The notes below the pieces were generated by a model, which worked only from the letters and a program-made list of their open reading frames with translations, searched no databases and was not told where the DNA came from. DNA of 64,000 bases from a virus, in IMG/VR virus record IMGVR_UViG_3300021354_000007, positions 3,947 to 67,946 of that record; one strand, 5' to 3'. A program made the position numbers and the translations under genes. Of this stretch, positions 27,723 to 37,493 are shown piece by piece. Numbering within the stretch: the first letter of the stretch is position 1; every line of letters starts with the position of its first letter.

Positions 27723-28336
27723 TGGACGGGTTCACTGCATATAGATATTATCTTGCTGTTAAGTTGCATTTTACACGTGACTCTTATGACATATTCGAAA
27801 AACGTGGTGCAGTAAAATATTCCAGAGAACAATTCAATAAAAGAAATGATAAGGGTATTTTCGAAAAGGTAGCAAGGAAATATACAAAAGATAGTGATTT
27901 GATACAATACTACGTATCCAATATTGTATATGGGAATGATTCCCCTGTATATGAAATAGAAGAGTCTGAAAGATATTATCTTAACTGGATTAAAAGGAAA
28001 GAATCTATTACGCATACATTTAATAACGATTTGAGTGTTATAATAAACGATGCATATAAAAATAAATTAGAAAAAGATTCTATATTGGGCTTTACTTTTA
28101 ACCAACAACCAAGTATACTAACTCTGTTCCTTGGAAAACGTATCTCATTGGAGTCAGTATCAATTCTCAATGATTTTATCGGTCTTATAGATAAATGGGA
28201 TTCATCGGGGTTTGTTATGAACTTATGGGAGTCGGAAATAAAAAGGATATATAAGTCCAAAAGATTTGTCAAATACGACAAAGAAAAGATTCGTCCTCTA
28301 GTCGATAAATTTCTTGAAGAACTAGAAGACTTATAA
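27722..28336 (+). CDS. gp59: Helicase loader gp59
   Basis: MDGFTAYRYYLAVKLHFT..YD..F.KRND. Confidence 0.92.
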   Translation: MDGFTAYRYYLAVKLHFTRDSYDIFEKRGAVKYSREQFNKRNDKGIFEKVARKYTKDSDLIQYYVSNIVYGNDSPVYEIEESERYYLNWIKRKESITHTFNNDLSVIINDAYKNKLEKDSILGFTFNQQPSILTLFLGKRISLESVSILNDFIGLIDKWDSSGFVMNLWESEIKRIYKSKRFVKYDKEKIRPLVDKFLEELEDL

Positions 28337-28337
28337 C

Positions 28338-28423
28338 CTAGTGACGTACTAGACCAATTACGTCAATACTAAAATGATATTAAAACAATACTAAAACCAT
28401 ACTAAAATATAAGGAAAATTAAT
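28338..28423 (+). promoter_or_regulatory. gp32 autoregulatory translational operator (pseudoknot plus A-rich repeats)
   Basis: CTAG/CTAG stem whose loop TGACGTA pairs with TACGTCA; four ATA(C/T)TAAAA repeats at 11-nt period before the RBS. Confidence 0.7.
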
Positions 28424-29332
28424 ATGTCTCTTGATATAGCAACATTGCGTAAATCCCGTTCAACAGATTTTTCTAAAATCACTTCAGAATTAGACAAAAT
28501 CGCAAATCCCCAATCTTCTTCTAGAAATGATGACCGTCTATGGAAATTAGAAGGTGATAAAGCAGGTAATGGTACTGCTACTATTCGGTTTCTACCACGT
28601 GTAGATGGTGATGAATATGAATTACCATGGGTCAAATTATTTACACATGGTTTCCAAGGTCCAACTGGTAAATGGTACATCGAGAATTCTTTAACTACTA
28701 TTGGTAAAGATGATCCTGTAGGTGAATTGAATACTCAGTTATGGAACTCTGGTACAGAAGCGAATAAAGAAATTGCACGTAAACAAAAGCGTGGTCTTTC
28801 TTATTATGCAAACATTCTTGTTATTTCGGATCCAAAACATCCTGAGAATGAAGGTAAAGTGTTTATCTTTAGATTCGGTAAAAAGATTTTCGATAAGATT
28901 ATGGATAAAGCAAAACCAACTTTCGAAGACGAATTACCTGTAAACATATTCGATTTTGATGAAGGTGCAAACTTCAAATTCAGAATGCGTAAGGTTGCTG
29001 GGTATTCTAATTATGACGAGTCCGTGTTCTCCGAACCTGTTGCAATTACAAAAGACGATAACGAATTGTTAAGAATTATGAATAGTCGACATAATTTACA
29101 AGAATTAGTATCTCCGAGTAATTTTAAAACATATGACGAATTGAAGAAAAAACTTGATTCAGTATTATCGGGAGATTCATTTACACCAAAGACTGCTGAA
29201 CAAATCGCAGAGGAGTTCGATGTCGCTCCTGCTCCGACGTTTGTGAGTAAACCTGCACCTGTGCCAGTAAGTGCTGTGGTGGATGATGACGATGATTTAG
29301 ATTATTTTAAAAATCTGGCTTTAGATGACTAA
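28424..29332 (+). CDS. gp32: Single-stranded DNA-binding protein gp32
   Basis: DKAGNG.A.IRFLP, HGFQGPTGKWYIENS, FGKKIFDKI, acidic tail DDDDDLDYFKNLA. Confidence 0.97.
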   Translation: MSLDIATLRKSRSTDFSKITSELDKIANPQSSSRNDDRLWKLEGDKAGNGTATIRFLPRVDGDEYELPWVKLFTHGFQGPTGKWYIENSLTTIGKDDPVGELNTQLWNSGTEANKEIARKQKRGLSYYANILVISDPKHPENEGKVFIFRFGKKIFDKIMDKAKPTFEDELPVNIFDFDEGANFKFRMRKVAGYSNYDESVFSEPVAITKDDNELLRIMNSRHNLQELVSPSNFKTYDELKKKLDSVLSGDSFTPKTAEQIAEEFDVAPAPTFVSKPAPVPVSAVVDDDDDLDYFKNLALDD

Positions 29333-29338
29333 AAAGAG

Positions 29339-29362
29339 AAGGGGACTTTCGTCCCCTTTTTT
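29339..29362. terminator. Bidirectional terminator between convergent gp32 and gp29
   Basis: AAGGGGAC-TTTC-GTCCCCTT with flanking A-rich and T runs. Confidence 0.9.
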
Positions 29363-29366
29363 AGTT

Positions 29367-31505
29367 TTACTGTACAGCGTATCTACTAGTAACATACCTG
29401 TTTGAAGTAGTGTCTGGGTTCCTTGTTGGTAGTTTTACTGACGTGTTTTGTACAGTTTTATTTGATGTATTTACTGTTGGTGATGATACAGAAATATTAC
29501 CACCAGTGGATTTATTTTCTTTTGCTTCTACATTATCTGCAGACTGTTTATATATCTTATCCGAAGATATAGTTTCTCTTGGTTGAGGTATCAAATAATC
29601 AACACCAGACTTTGGTTTCTCAAGTAAAGTTGGTGTAACAGTATTAGTTGGTGTAACAGTTTCATCTTTCCTTTTATCATTATCAGATGATGGTTTATAT
29701 ATCTTATCCGAAGATATAGTTTCTCTTGGTTGAGGTATCAAATAATCAACACCAGACTTTGGTTTCTCAAGTACAGTTGGTTTCTCAGGTACAGTTGGTG
29801 TAACAGTTTCATCTTTCTTTTCACCATTATCAAATACTGATTTATTCCACCAAGATTTTTCTTCTTTTACAGGTTCTACTGTAGGTTTAGCATCGGTTGG
29901 TTTTGATGGTGATGCAGTATTAGTTGGTGCAACAGTTCCATCTTTCTTTTCACTATTATCAGATGATGGTGGATGCGACCAAGATTTTTCTTCTTTTACA
30001 GGTTCTACTGTAGGTTTAGCATCGGTTGGTTTTGATGGTTTAACGTTTTCTGGTGCAGGAGCAGTTTCTTCTTTTTCAGGTGTATCAGATGATGTTTCCT
30101 TAGTAGGTGATTCAGATGGTTTAGGTACATCCAAGGGTGGAATTTTCATCGAATCAAATGGTGCAATCTTATTCCATTTTTCTATTAAAGAATTTATACC
30201 CTCTACTATAGAAATTTGTAAATCAGTAATTATTTTCTTGATTAACTCTATTGGATGAAATACCGCCTGAAAGAAATCCTCAATTATTTTTGAGAATGAA
30301 AACGAGTCTAACCACTTTGAAGCATCTTCAAACCCAAGTTTTTCAAGTACCCATGAGGCAATGTCTTTAATTAAATCAAGAACACCACCAACTAACGAGT
30401 CTAAGAATCCTGTAATTGCACCTTCAATGGCGCCCATGATGCCACCTTTATCATAACCATCTAATGCACCTTTTACAGTATCCCAAACAGTCATGATGAC
30501 CAGTAATGGTGTTGCAAGTGTTCCTACAATTTTAGATATAAACTTAACTGCCTTGGCAAATTTAGAAATACCCTCAAATATAAACTTAACACCATTAGAA
30601 AGTGTTTCCAATGGTCCAGACAGTAATGATTTTATCTCTGTAAATGCTTCTTCAAATGGTTTTGCAAATTTAGTAACGGCATCCTTTAATCCATTGAATA
30701 CCTTACCTAACATACCTTCACTTGAAAACATTTCTTTGATTGTATTTGATATCTGACGCAATCCGATGTTCTCAGATATAGCAGTCTTCATTAACTCTAT
30801 TTCATTAGTGATTGCTGTCTTAATGGATTTAGCAATAGTTTTAAACATACCAATGACACTTTCTACTATGGAATCAAAAAACTTACCCATTTTCTCGAAT
30901 GAGGATAGGATACTTTTCTTAAGAAATTCAGGTGTGAATAACTTTACATTTTCAACCCATGCTGTAATAACACCTATAACTGAACCAATTGCCACGGCAA
31001 GGCCTTCCAAAAGACCTGAAAGTCCAAAACCTTCTTCTTGTTTAGGTTTAACTTCTTTCTCTTTCTTTGGAATAGTATTACCTGCAATAGTTTTCAATAA
31101 TGCAGTTTGTTCTGCATATGCTCTATCGCTTTCTGTCTTATCTTCTTTACTCATAGTTAAACTATTAAGCAAAGATTGTCCTATTTTTTCAATATTGGTT
31201 AATACATCCAGTTGCTCAACTTGTAAAAGAAATGATTTCAGATCAATATCTTTTATTTGCTCAACGTTTGTATTTGTTTTATTTGATACTTCTAATGATT
31301 TATCTTCATCTTGCTGAACCTTTCTTTCTTCAGCAAATTGACCAATCTGTATCAATCTATCAGTTGTAGCATAGGTTGCAATATTCTTTAAAGTATCTAA
31401 CTGCTCAGAATGTATTGCATTTGTTTGCTTTAAGGTATCTGCAATTGAGCTCAGACTATCTTGTTGTTGTTTTTGTAAAATAGGCTGAATTGATTTCTTT
31501 GCCAT
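29367..31505 (-). CDS. gp29: Tape measure/baseplate hub protein (gp29-like)
   Basis: Helical N-terminus, amphipathic/hydrophobic core, Pro/Thr/Lys-rich repeats; position after gp26-gp51. Confidence 0.7.
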   Translation of the reverse strand: MAKKSIQPILQKQQQDSLSSIADTLKQTNAIHSEQLDTLKNIATYATTDRLIQIGQFAEERKVQQDEDKSLEVSNKTNTNVEQIKDIDLKSFLLQVEQLDVLTNIEKIGQSLLNSLTMSKEDKTESDRAYAEQTALLKTIAGNTIPKKEKEVKPKQEEGFGLSGLLEGLAVAIGSVIGVITAWVENVKLFTPEFLKKSILSSFEKMGKFFDSIVESVIGMFKTIAKSIKTAITNEIELMKTAISENIGLRQISNTIKEMFSSEGMLGKVFNGLKDAVTKFAKPFEEAFTEIKSLLSGPLETLSNGVKFIFEGISKFAKAVKFISKIVGTLATPLLVIMTVWDTVKGALDGYDKGGIMGAIEGAITGFLDSLVGGVLDLIKDIASWVLEKLGFEDASKWLDSFSFSKIIEDFFQAVFHPIELIKKIITDLQISIVEGINSLIEKWNKIAPFDSMKIPPLDVPKPSESPTKETSSDTPEKEETAPAPENVKPSKPTDAKPTVEPVKEEKSWSHPPSSDNSEKKDGTVAPTNTASPSKPTDAKPTVEPVKEEKSWWNKSVFDNGEKKDETVTPTVPEKPTVLEKPKSGVDYLIPQPRETISSDKIYKPSSDNDKRKDETVTPTNTVTPTLLEKPKSGVDYLIPQPRETISSDKIYKQSADNVEAKENKSTGGNISVSSPTVNTSNKTVQNTSVKLPTRNPDTTSNRYVTSRYAVQ
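29550..30040 (-). repeat. Internal duplications in gp29
   Basis: KPTDAKPTVEPVKEEKSW twice and LEKPKSGVDYLIPQPRETISSDKIYK twice, identical at DNA level. Confidence 0.9.
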
Positions 31506-31570
31506 TATTGTTTATTTTGTAACCTCTATTTTGATAATTGACACGAAAATAATATAATCTGCTCAAGCCA

Positions 31571-31762
31571 TCAAACATTTTTTGATTGGAGACGTTGTTT
31601 TTCTTCTTCCAAAAAATTTACCAACATTGTAACATATATTTCTTTCTCAAATGGTATTAAGTTTTCAACCTCAGTCAACGACCACTTATGATATTGCATC
31701 AACGCAAAATTCATTTTATAGTAATTCGCAAGTGATTCATTGCTAAGGCATATTAAAAAAAA
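31571..31762 (-). CDS. gp51: gp51-like baseplate hub assembly ORF (first ATG at 31714; probably entered by -1 frameshift from gp26)
   Basis: CLSNESLANYYKMNFALMQYHKWSLTEVENLIPFEKEIYVTML; not in the ORF track. Confidence 0.8.
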   Translation of the reverse strand, partial: FFLICLSNESLANYYKMNFALMQYHKWSLTEVENLIPFEKEIYVTMLVNFLEEEKQRLQSKNV

Positions 31763-32466
31763 GCAGCTAACCCATTTAGTTCTACATGATTATCTGCACT
31801 GCATATTGGGCAGGTGTAATCAACTATTTGAGTAAGTTTAGGCATAGTTTCAAAGAATAATTTGATCTTTGAAAATTGCTCTGAGTTCAAATCATTTAGG
31901 AACTCTTCAAGTTCTTTCTTTGGTGTTTCTTTTGCATGATATACAGATGAAGAATCGTAAATATAATCGATACAATCAATAACAATATTGAAAATTGTAT
32001 CAAACTCATTGGTTTTTATATTCTCCAACTTTTTAATTATATTGATTGTTGGGTATTTCAACACAATACCAACATCATCAAATAATTCTATCTTAGTTGT
32101 ATGTTCGGGTTTCTTTTCGACTTGGAGATTAGTTAAATCAAACTTTATATTAATCTTTGCATTTTCATCATCACAATGCGTACATTTAAAAGTTAACTCT
32201 ACTTCTTCGCCAACTGACTTTGATCTAATTTGAGTAAAGATATATTCTAGGTCAAAGATTGCCAATGTTGTTACATCAATCTTATCGAGAATACAACCTT
32301 TAAGAACTTCCTGTAAGGTATTCACCATTACAGCAGAATCTTCACTTTGTTGCGCCAATAATAATGACTTCTCTTCTTTTACAAGAAATGGTCTATACTT
32401 AACTGACTTATTGGTAGATGGTATAGTTAAATTATATATTGGGGTACTGTTCTTTGGTAATGCCAT
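31753..32466 (-). CDS. gp26: Baseplate hub protein gp26
   Basis: MALPK..TP.Y.LTIPS....KYRPFLVKEEK, FDLEYIF..IRSKSVGE, two CxxC, ends GLAAFF. Confidence 0.93.
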   Translation of the reverse strand: MALPKNSTPIYNLTIPSTNKSVKYRPFLVKEEKSLLLAQQSEDSAVMVNTLQEVLKGCILDKIDVTTLAIFDLEYIFTQIRSKSVGEEVELTFKCTHCDDENAKINIKFDLTNLQVEKKPEHTTKIELFDDVGIVLKYPTINIIKKLENIKTNEFDTIFNIVIDCIDYIYDSSSVYHAKETPKKELEEFLNDLNSEQFSKIKLFFETMPKLTQIVDYTCPICSADNHVELNGLAAFF

Positions 32467-32467
32467 T

Positions 32468-32890
32468 TTATTTCTCTCCTTTGCTCATATCAGATATCAA
32501 TTTGTTTAATTCTGTAGTAGAACCGACGAATATTGCATTGTTGGTTACACTTGCTGCTTGTTCTGTTTTAGGTGTGACTGGATTCAACCTTTGTTTCTGA
32601 CTGTGTAAATGTAGTAACTGTTGATTCATGTCTGCTAATTGCTTTAATATATTTCCAACTACTTCATAACTTCTTGGATTCTCAGATTGCTTGGCGACTT
32701 CTATCATATCAAGTAGAGCATCTTTACCTGTTTCTATCAAGTCATATAAATTATCCCTTGCATGTTCAAAGTCGTTATCCACTACCTTATTTGGAGAATC
32801 AATTACAATATCAGGTTTCTTTTTAACAATTTCCTTATATTCGCTTGGTTCCAAATCGAATATCTTATTCATATTATCATCAATATTCAC
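32468..32890 (-). CDS. gp16: Terminase small subunit gp16
   Basis: DFEHARDNL, AKQSENPRSYEV, NNAIFVGSTTEL. Confidence 0.93.
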   Translation of the reverse strand: MNIDDNMNKIFDLEPSEYKEIVKKKPDIVIDSPNKVVDNDFEHARDNLYDLIETGKDALLDMIEVAKQSENPRSYEVVGNILKQLADMNQQLLHLHSQKQRLNPVTPKTEQAASVTNNAIFVGSTTELNKLISDMSKGEK

Positions 32891-32891
32891 T

Positions 32892-33548
32892 TTATAATCC
32901 TATTAGTTTATTTTTAAGCATATTAACACCATAATTTTCGACCGATCCTATATCGTTGGATGCAATACCATTAAATACTCCAAGTGTTTCTGGTTTAGCA
33001 CCAAATGCATTTGTACCTATTAATTGGGAATCCCCTTCATTATCTAAAGTAACAGGTTCCCAATACTTATACGCAAATGTAACTGATAACTTCATTATTA
33101 TATCTTTTGAACCATAGTCTAATTGAATAGCACTTACTGTCTTTGGATAACACTCACGTAACATAATTGAATACCGTCCAATACCTTCAAGGTCTTCTAC
33201 AATTACCTGAATTGATGATGTATATTCATTGTAATACCTGAATGTTTTGTCATTGGGGTTCTGGATAAACCATAACCAGTTATCAAAGAACTTTTTAATA
33301 TTCATTCCATTATCAACATAGAATGACATTGTTAAATTATCGAACATCCTTGTGTAAGGTGCTTCGCGTGATTCACCCCAAGTCATATTTGCACTAGTGC
33401 CGACATTTAATCCTGGAAGTTGAACTTGGTCACAATACAATCCAAGTAGATGACCATTTGTCGAATCTGGTATAATCACAGTGTATCGAGCGGTTTGCAT
33501 TAAACCACCTGATTTTATCTTCCCTATAAATTGGTCTAGAGTTGCCAT
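32892..33548 (-). CDS. gp54: Baseplate-tail tube initiator (gp54-like, tube-protein fold)
   Basis: C..VQLPG, PY.R.FD.LTMSFYVD, YY.EY, ECYPKTVS.IQLDY, LSVTFAYKYW. Confidence 0.8.
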   Translation of the reverse strand: MATLDQFIGKIKSGGLMQTARYTVIIPDSTNGHLLGLYCDQVQLPGLNVGTSANMTWGESREAPYTRMFDNLTMSFYVDNGMNIKKFFDNWLWFIQNPNDKTFRYYNEYTSSIQVIVEDLEGIGRYSIMLRECYPKTVSAIQLDYGSKDIIMKLSVTFAYKYWEPVTLDNEGDSQLIGTNAFGAKPETLGVFNGIASNDIGSVENYGVNMLKNKLIGL

Positions 33549-34168
33549 TAATAACCTGCCTTTTTGACTGAATCTTTCCAAACTGTGGTTTTATTAGCAC
33601 CGATAAATTGCTCGGGTAAAAACATGGCGGTGGCCCAGTCTTTACGTTCTATTTCCCTGAACTGAGATACAACATGACTTGTTAAATATCTATGTACGCA
33701 AGGTTGAAGTAATTTTAATTTAGACGAACTTTGGATAAGATCCCATGATAATTGCATTTTAGTTCTCTGCGTTCCTTTAGACCCATCTATTTCCATTAAT
33801 TTATCTAACATACGAATTCTAAACGCATAGGGTATATAGTGCATATTCAACCCAATAAATCCATTGGGTAATGCTTTAAACGGAAACACCATTGGGTACA
33901 TATCCCAGTATGGTAGAGTGTCTTTATGTTTAGCATCGTAAATATACATATACAACTTTCCAGGAGTTATTTTCGATGGATGTTTATATCCTTGCTCTTT
34001 CAACACGCGATTGTAAGTAAACCCTTCACTCTTAAGTAAAGTAGCTTGTTGAGCAAACCACGAATATGAATTTTTATTGGCCGCTGCTAGGTTATACTTG
34101 TGTCGATTGAAGACATAGTGCATCGATGCTTCGTTCTTTGCAATAACAAGTTGTTCAGGAGTTGCCAT
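33548..34168 (-). CDS. gp2: DNA end protector protein gp2
   Basis: PGKLYMYIYDAKHKDTLPYWD.YP, GLN.HY.P, WATAMFLP. Confidence 0.93.
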   Translation of the reverse strand: MATPEQLVIAKNEASMHYVFNRHKYNLAAANKNSYSWFAQQATLLKSEGFTYNRVLKEQGYKHPSKITPGKLYMYIYDAKHKDTLPYWDMYPMVFPFKALPNGFIGLNMHYIPYAFRIRMLDKLMEIDGSKGTQRTKMQLSWDLIQSSSKLKLLQPCVHRYLTSHVVSQFREIERKDWATAMFLPEQFIGANKTTVWKDSVKKAGY

Positions 34169-34194
34169 TGATATCTCTATTGGATTATAATATA

Positions 34195-34656
34195 CTATTT
34201 ATTGCTTGGTTTAGAAAGTCCAAGATGGTCTTCTGTAAAAACATAAAATTCCCAACCACGATCTTTTGCATACCGAGTAGCTGCTTCCCATTTGGATTGG
34301 TTTTTTATATATGTCATAGATTCATTCAAATATCGTTTTGTCTGCTTTCCAGAATATTTTGGTGGCAGAGTTTGTACCTTTGGTTTAATTTCTATCAAGT
34401 ATGTTTTGACTTGACCCAATTTATTTTTTATTTGGACTCGAAAATCCATGTAGTACTTGTGGATTTTATTGTCGGTACCACACCTGTATGGTATAATAGT
34501 TTCTTCACTGGAATAACTGACAACACCTGGACTATTATCGCACCAGTTTAAAAATCGAATTTCCCATGAAGACCGAGCAACAATATTAGTCACATCACCA
34601 GTGTATTTCTCTGGATGTAGAGGTGTCCATTTCCTTGGTTCGGGATACTTTGCCAT
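34195..34656 (-). CDS. gp4: Head completion nuclease gp4
   Basis: PEKYTGD..NIV.RSSWE, SSEE..IPY, Y..DF, IEIKP..QT.PP, NQSKWEAA. Confidence 0.95.
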   Translation of the reverse strand: MAKYPEPRKWTPLHPEKYTGDVTNIVARSSWEIRFLNWCDNSPGVVSYSSEETIIPYRCGTDNKIHKYYMDFRVQIKNKLGQVKTYLIEIKPKVQTLPPKYSGKQTKRYLNESMTYIKNQSKWEAATRYAKDRGWEFYVFTEDHLGLSKPSNK

Positions 34657-34659
34657 TTT

Positions 34660-34690
34660 TATATAAATAAAGGAAATAGAATATTTATAA
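34660..34690. promoter_or_regulatory. Late promoters serving the divergent gp4 and gp48 operons
   Basis: TATAAATA on + (about 34662) and on - (TATTTATA at about 34682). Confidence 0.75.
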
Positions 34691-34700
34691 GGAATTATCA

Positions 34701-35735
34701 ATGTTTAATACAGGAAAATACGATATATCTCAAATGACCTACCCAAATGATCTATTAGATCCCAGTTATGGTGGTAATATGGTCGTATTTTTTATCAATG
34801 TCGCGACTGCATCTAAGTTCATACCAACGTATGGTGATATGTATGATATGTCTTCAGTAGATACAGAATTAACCAAAGAATTATTGTTGGCAAGGAACAT
34901 ATCTAATCTAAATGCTTCCGTATCTGCTACTGCAAGTGGTATACTTCCAGCATTAATAGCTGGTTCAACTGGAGGATTAGGTGCTGCGGTATCTGCTGCA
35001 GGTGCAATTGGTGCAGCATCTTTTTTAGCAGCAGGAGATATCGCAGGTAGTACTATAAGAGAAAAGAAAAGATTAAAGTCGGCAATCGCATTGCATATGC
35101 CAAATACATTGAATATCAAGTACGGTGTAGGTTGGGCAGAAGAAGATACTGCAGGTGCAGAAATGGCATCAATACTTGGTGAAGAAGGACTTGCTATGCT
35201 TAAGTCTCTTGCAGATACAAAAACATCTAGCACGATTGATTCAATTAAAAAATTGGGAACCGATGGAAAGGCAATGGTTGCCAGTCTTGGTTTATCAAAT
35301 GCACCTGGAGGTGCATATATGTCTGCACGCACAGGATTAGCATCAAATCCTAGAAAGGAAATGGCATTCAAAGGTGTTGACTTCAGGACATTTTCATTTG
35401 ATTATTCATTCTTCCCACGAAGCGAGTCAGAAGCAAGAAATGTAGAACAAATCATCTATACATTTAAATTCCATATGCATCCTGAATATAAAGATGCAAA
35501 TAGTTTCTTATACTTATATCCTTCTGAATTTGATATATCGTATTATACATCCACGGGTGAAAATGATCATATTCATAAACATACGTCTTGTGTATTGACT
35601 GATATGTCCATTAACTATACACCTAATGGTAACTTTAATACCTTTGCGAATGGTATGCCTACCCAAATTAATATCTCTTTGACATTCAAAGAACTTTCTA
35701 GTCCAACGAAAGAATCTATAAATTTAGGATTATAA
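34701..35735 (+). CDS. gp48: Baseplate tail-tube cap gp48
   Basis: IALHMP, NPRKEMAFKGVDFRTFSF.Y.F.P.S..E, YPSEFDI, CVLT.M.INYTPNG. Confidence 0.92.
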   Translation: MFNTGKYDISQMTYPNDLLDPSYGGNMVVFFINVATASKFIPTYGDMYDMSSVDTELTKELLLARNISNLNASVSATASGILPALIAGSTGGLGAAVSAAGAIGAASFLAAGDIAGSTIREKKRLKSAIALHMPNTLNIKYGVGWAEEDTAGAEMASILGEEGLAMLKSLADTKTSSTIDSIKKLGTDGKAMVASLGLSNAPGGAYMSARTGLASNPRKEMAFKGVDFRTFSFDYSFFPRSESEARNVEQIIYTFKFHMHPEYKDANSFLYLYPSEFDISYYTSTGENDHIHKHTSCVLTDMSINYTPNGNFNTFANGMPTQINISLTFKELSSPTKESINLGL

Positions 35736-35736
35736 T

Positions 35737-36225
35737 ATGTACTTTAAGAACTTTCCAAGTTTCATTTATAATTATGATATTGCTGGCGTTGATACTGCGT
35801 TATTAGTAAAAGATATTACAAGAAATGTCAGATTCCGTCAGCAGATACTGGCAAATATAACTGTGTATGACGAATATGATATACTCGATGGGGAAACACC
35901 AGAACATATTTCAGAAAAGATATATGGTAATCCAGATTACTTTTGGGTTATTATGTTGTCCAATGATAGGTATGATTATGTCAATGATTTTCCATTACCA
36001 CAGTTTACTTTAGAACAATATATTAGTGACAAGTATCCAAATCCTTATGGTGTTCATCATTATTTGAATGTAAACGGGTTTGTAGTAGATTCTTCATATG
36101 CAGGTGCAATTGCAGTTACTAATAAAGATTATGAGTATGGTGTTAATGAAACCAAAAGAAGAATAAAGATTATTCCTAAATTTTACATTGACAAAGTCCT
36201 AACAGATTATAAGAAGATTATCTAA
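35737..36225 (+). CDS. gp53: Baseplate wedge subunit gp53
   Basis: MYFKNFP, Y.I.DGETPE.IS.K.YG...YFWVI. Confidence 0.92.
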   Translation: MYFKNFPSFIYNYDIAGVDTALLVKDITRNVRFRQQILANITVYDEYDILDGETPEHISEKIYGNPDYFWVIMLSNDRYDYVNDFPLPQFTLEQYISDKYPNPYGVHHYLNVNGFVVDSSYAGAIAVTNKDYEYGVNETKRRIKIIPKFYIDKVLTDYKKII

Positions 36226-37493
36226 TGGATGGTATTAATAAAGCAGGTGATATTAATATAGAAATGGCGCAGATTACAACTACGCAAGGTTTCTATCAAG
36301 ATATCCTAAACCAGATAATTGGTATCCAATTATTTGAGGATTTGTTTGCACCATTTACTACAGGTACAATTGAAATTCGAGATAGTTTAGATTTGTTGAA
36401 CGTATTCCCATTCAATGGTGAAGAATATCTAGAAATAAAACTAACGACACCGTCATTGGAGAAGGGGAATGTAGATGGTAAGTTCTATATTTATAAGATG
36501 GCAAATAGAACTATGCTCGGAGATAGATCAGTAGTCTATACATTAAACTTTATTTCTGTCGAGGCAGTGATTGACCTTAATAAGAAAATAAGTAAAACAT
36601 TTTCTGGTAAGTGTTCTGATATTGCAAAAGATTTATTATCAGATACAACACATGGGCTACAACCAACTAAACCTATTGTTGTTGAAGATACACAAAATTC
36701 AACAAAGTATATTTCTAATTTTTGGTCACCTATTAAAAATCTCAATAATGTAGTAGAAACTTCCGTTAACGTAAATGGGTCAGGTTCTTATGTATTTTAC
36801 GAAGATAGATATGGTTTTAATTTTGTATCAATGGAGTCACTTTATTCTAAGGATATTTTCCAAGAATTTATATATGATAGTTATGTTCGTGACAATGCGT
36901 ATGGTTCAGGGTCTGTTAGGAACGTAAATGAAGATTACAAAAGAATTCGCAGTATCAATATCGATGTTGCATATGATTATATAGAACGGGTTCGATCTGG
37001 TATGTATGGTTCTAAGTTATATACTCATGACTTAACTACAAAAAGATTTGAAGGTAAGTTATATAATATGCTTGATAACTTTGCAAGTCAAAAGCATCTT
37101 AACGAATTCCCATTAGCATCTAATAGATCAGTTTATAGGTATAATTCTTTAATTTTATTTGTACCAAAATATCACCAGAATTTCAGCAACTTTGGTGACT
37201 CTACCAATGCAAATTCTATGCAAAATAGAGTATCATTATTGAGTCAAATCGATGCAAATAAAATACAGATAGTTGTTCCTGGACGGATGGATTACACTGT
37301 TGGTCTGAAAGTCAATTTGAAATTATATAAAGTTGAACCTCAAAGTTCAGATGATACAAGTATTATTGATAATGTATTGTCTGGTTCATATATAATTACT
37401 GCAATAAACCATTACATCAATAGAAATATGCACCAATGTACTATAGAAGTTGCAAAAGAAAGTTTGTTAATAGATTTGAATAGGAAGCACTAA
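36225..37493 (+). CDS. gp27: Baseplate hub protein (gp27-like)
   Basis: FEDLF.P...G.I...D, P.NGEE, YVFYE...GFNF.S.ESL, LSGSYIITAINH; lies between gp53 and gp5. Confidence 0.75.
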   Translation: MDGINKAGDINIEMAQITTTQGFYQDILNQIIGIQLFEDLFAPFTTGTIEIRDSLDLLNVFPFNGEEYLEIKLTTPSLEKGNVDGKFYIYKMANRTMLGDRSVVYTLNFISVEAVIDLNKKISKTFSGKCSDIAKDLLSDTTHGLQPTKPIVVEDTQNSTKYISNFWSPIKNLNNVVETSVNVNGSGSYVFYEDRYGFNFVSMESLYSKDIFQEFIYDSYVRDNAYGSGSVRNVNEDYKRIRSINIDVAYDYIERVRSGMYGSKLYTHDLTTKRFEGKLYNMLDNFASQKHLNEFPLASNRSVYRYNSLILFVPKYHQNFSNFGDSTNANSMQNRVSLLSQIDANKIQIVVPGRMDYTVGLKVNLKLYKVEPQSSDDTSIIDNVLSGSYIITAINHYINRNMHQCTIEVAKESLLIDLNRKH

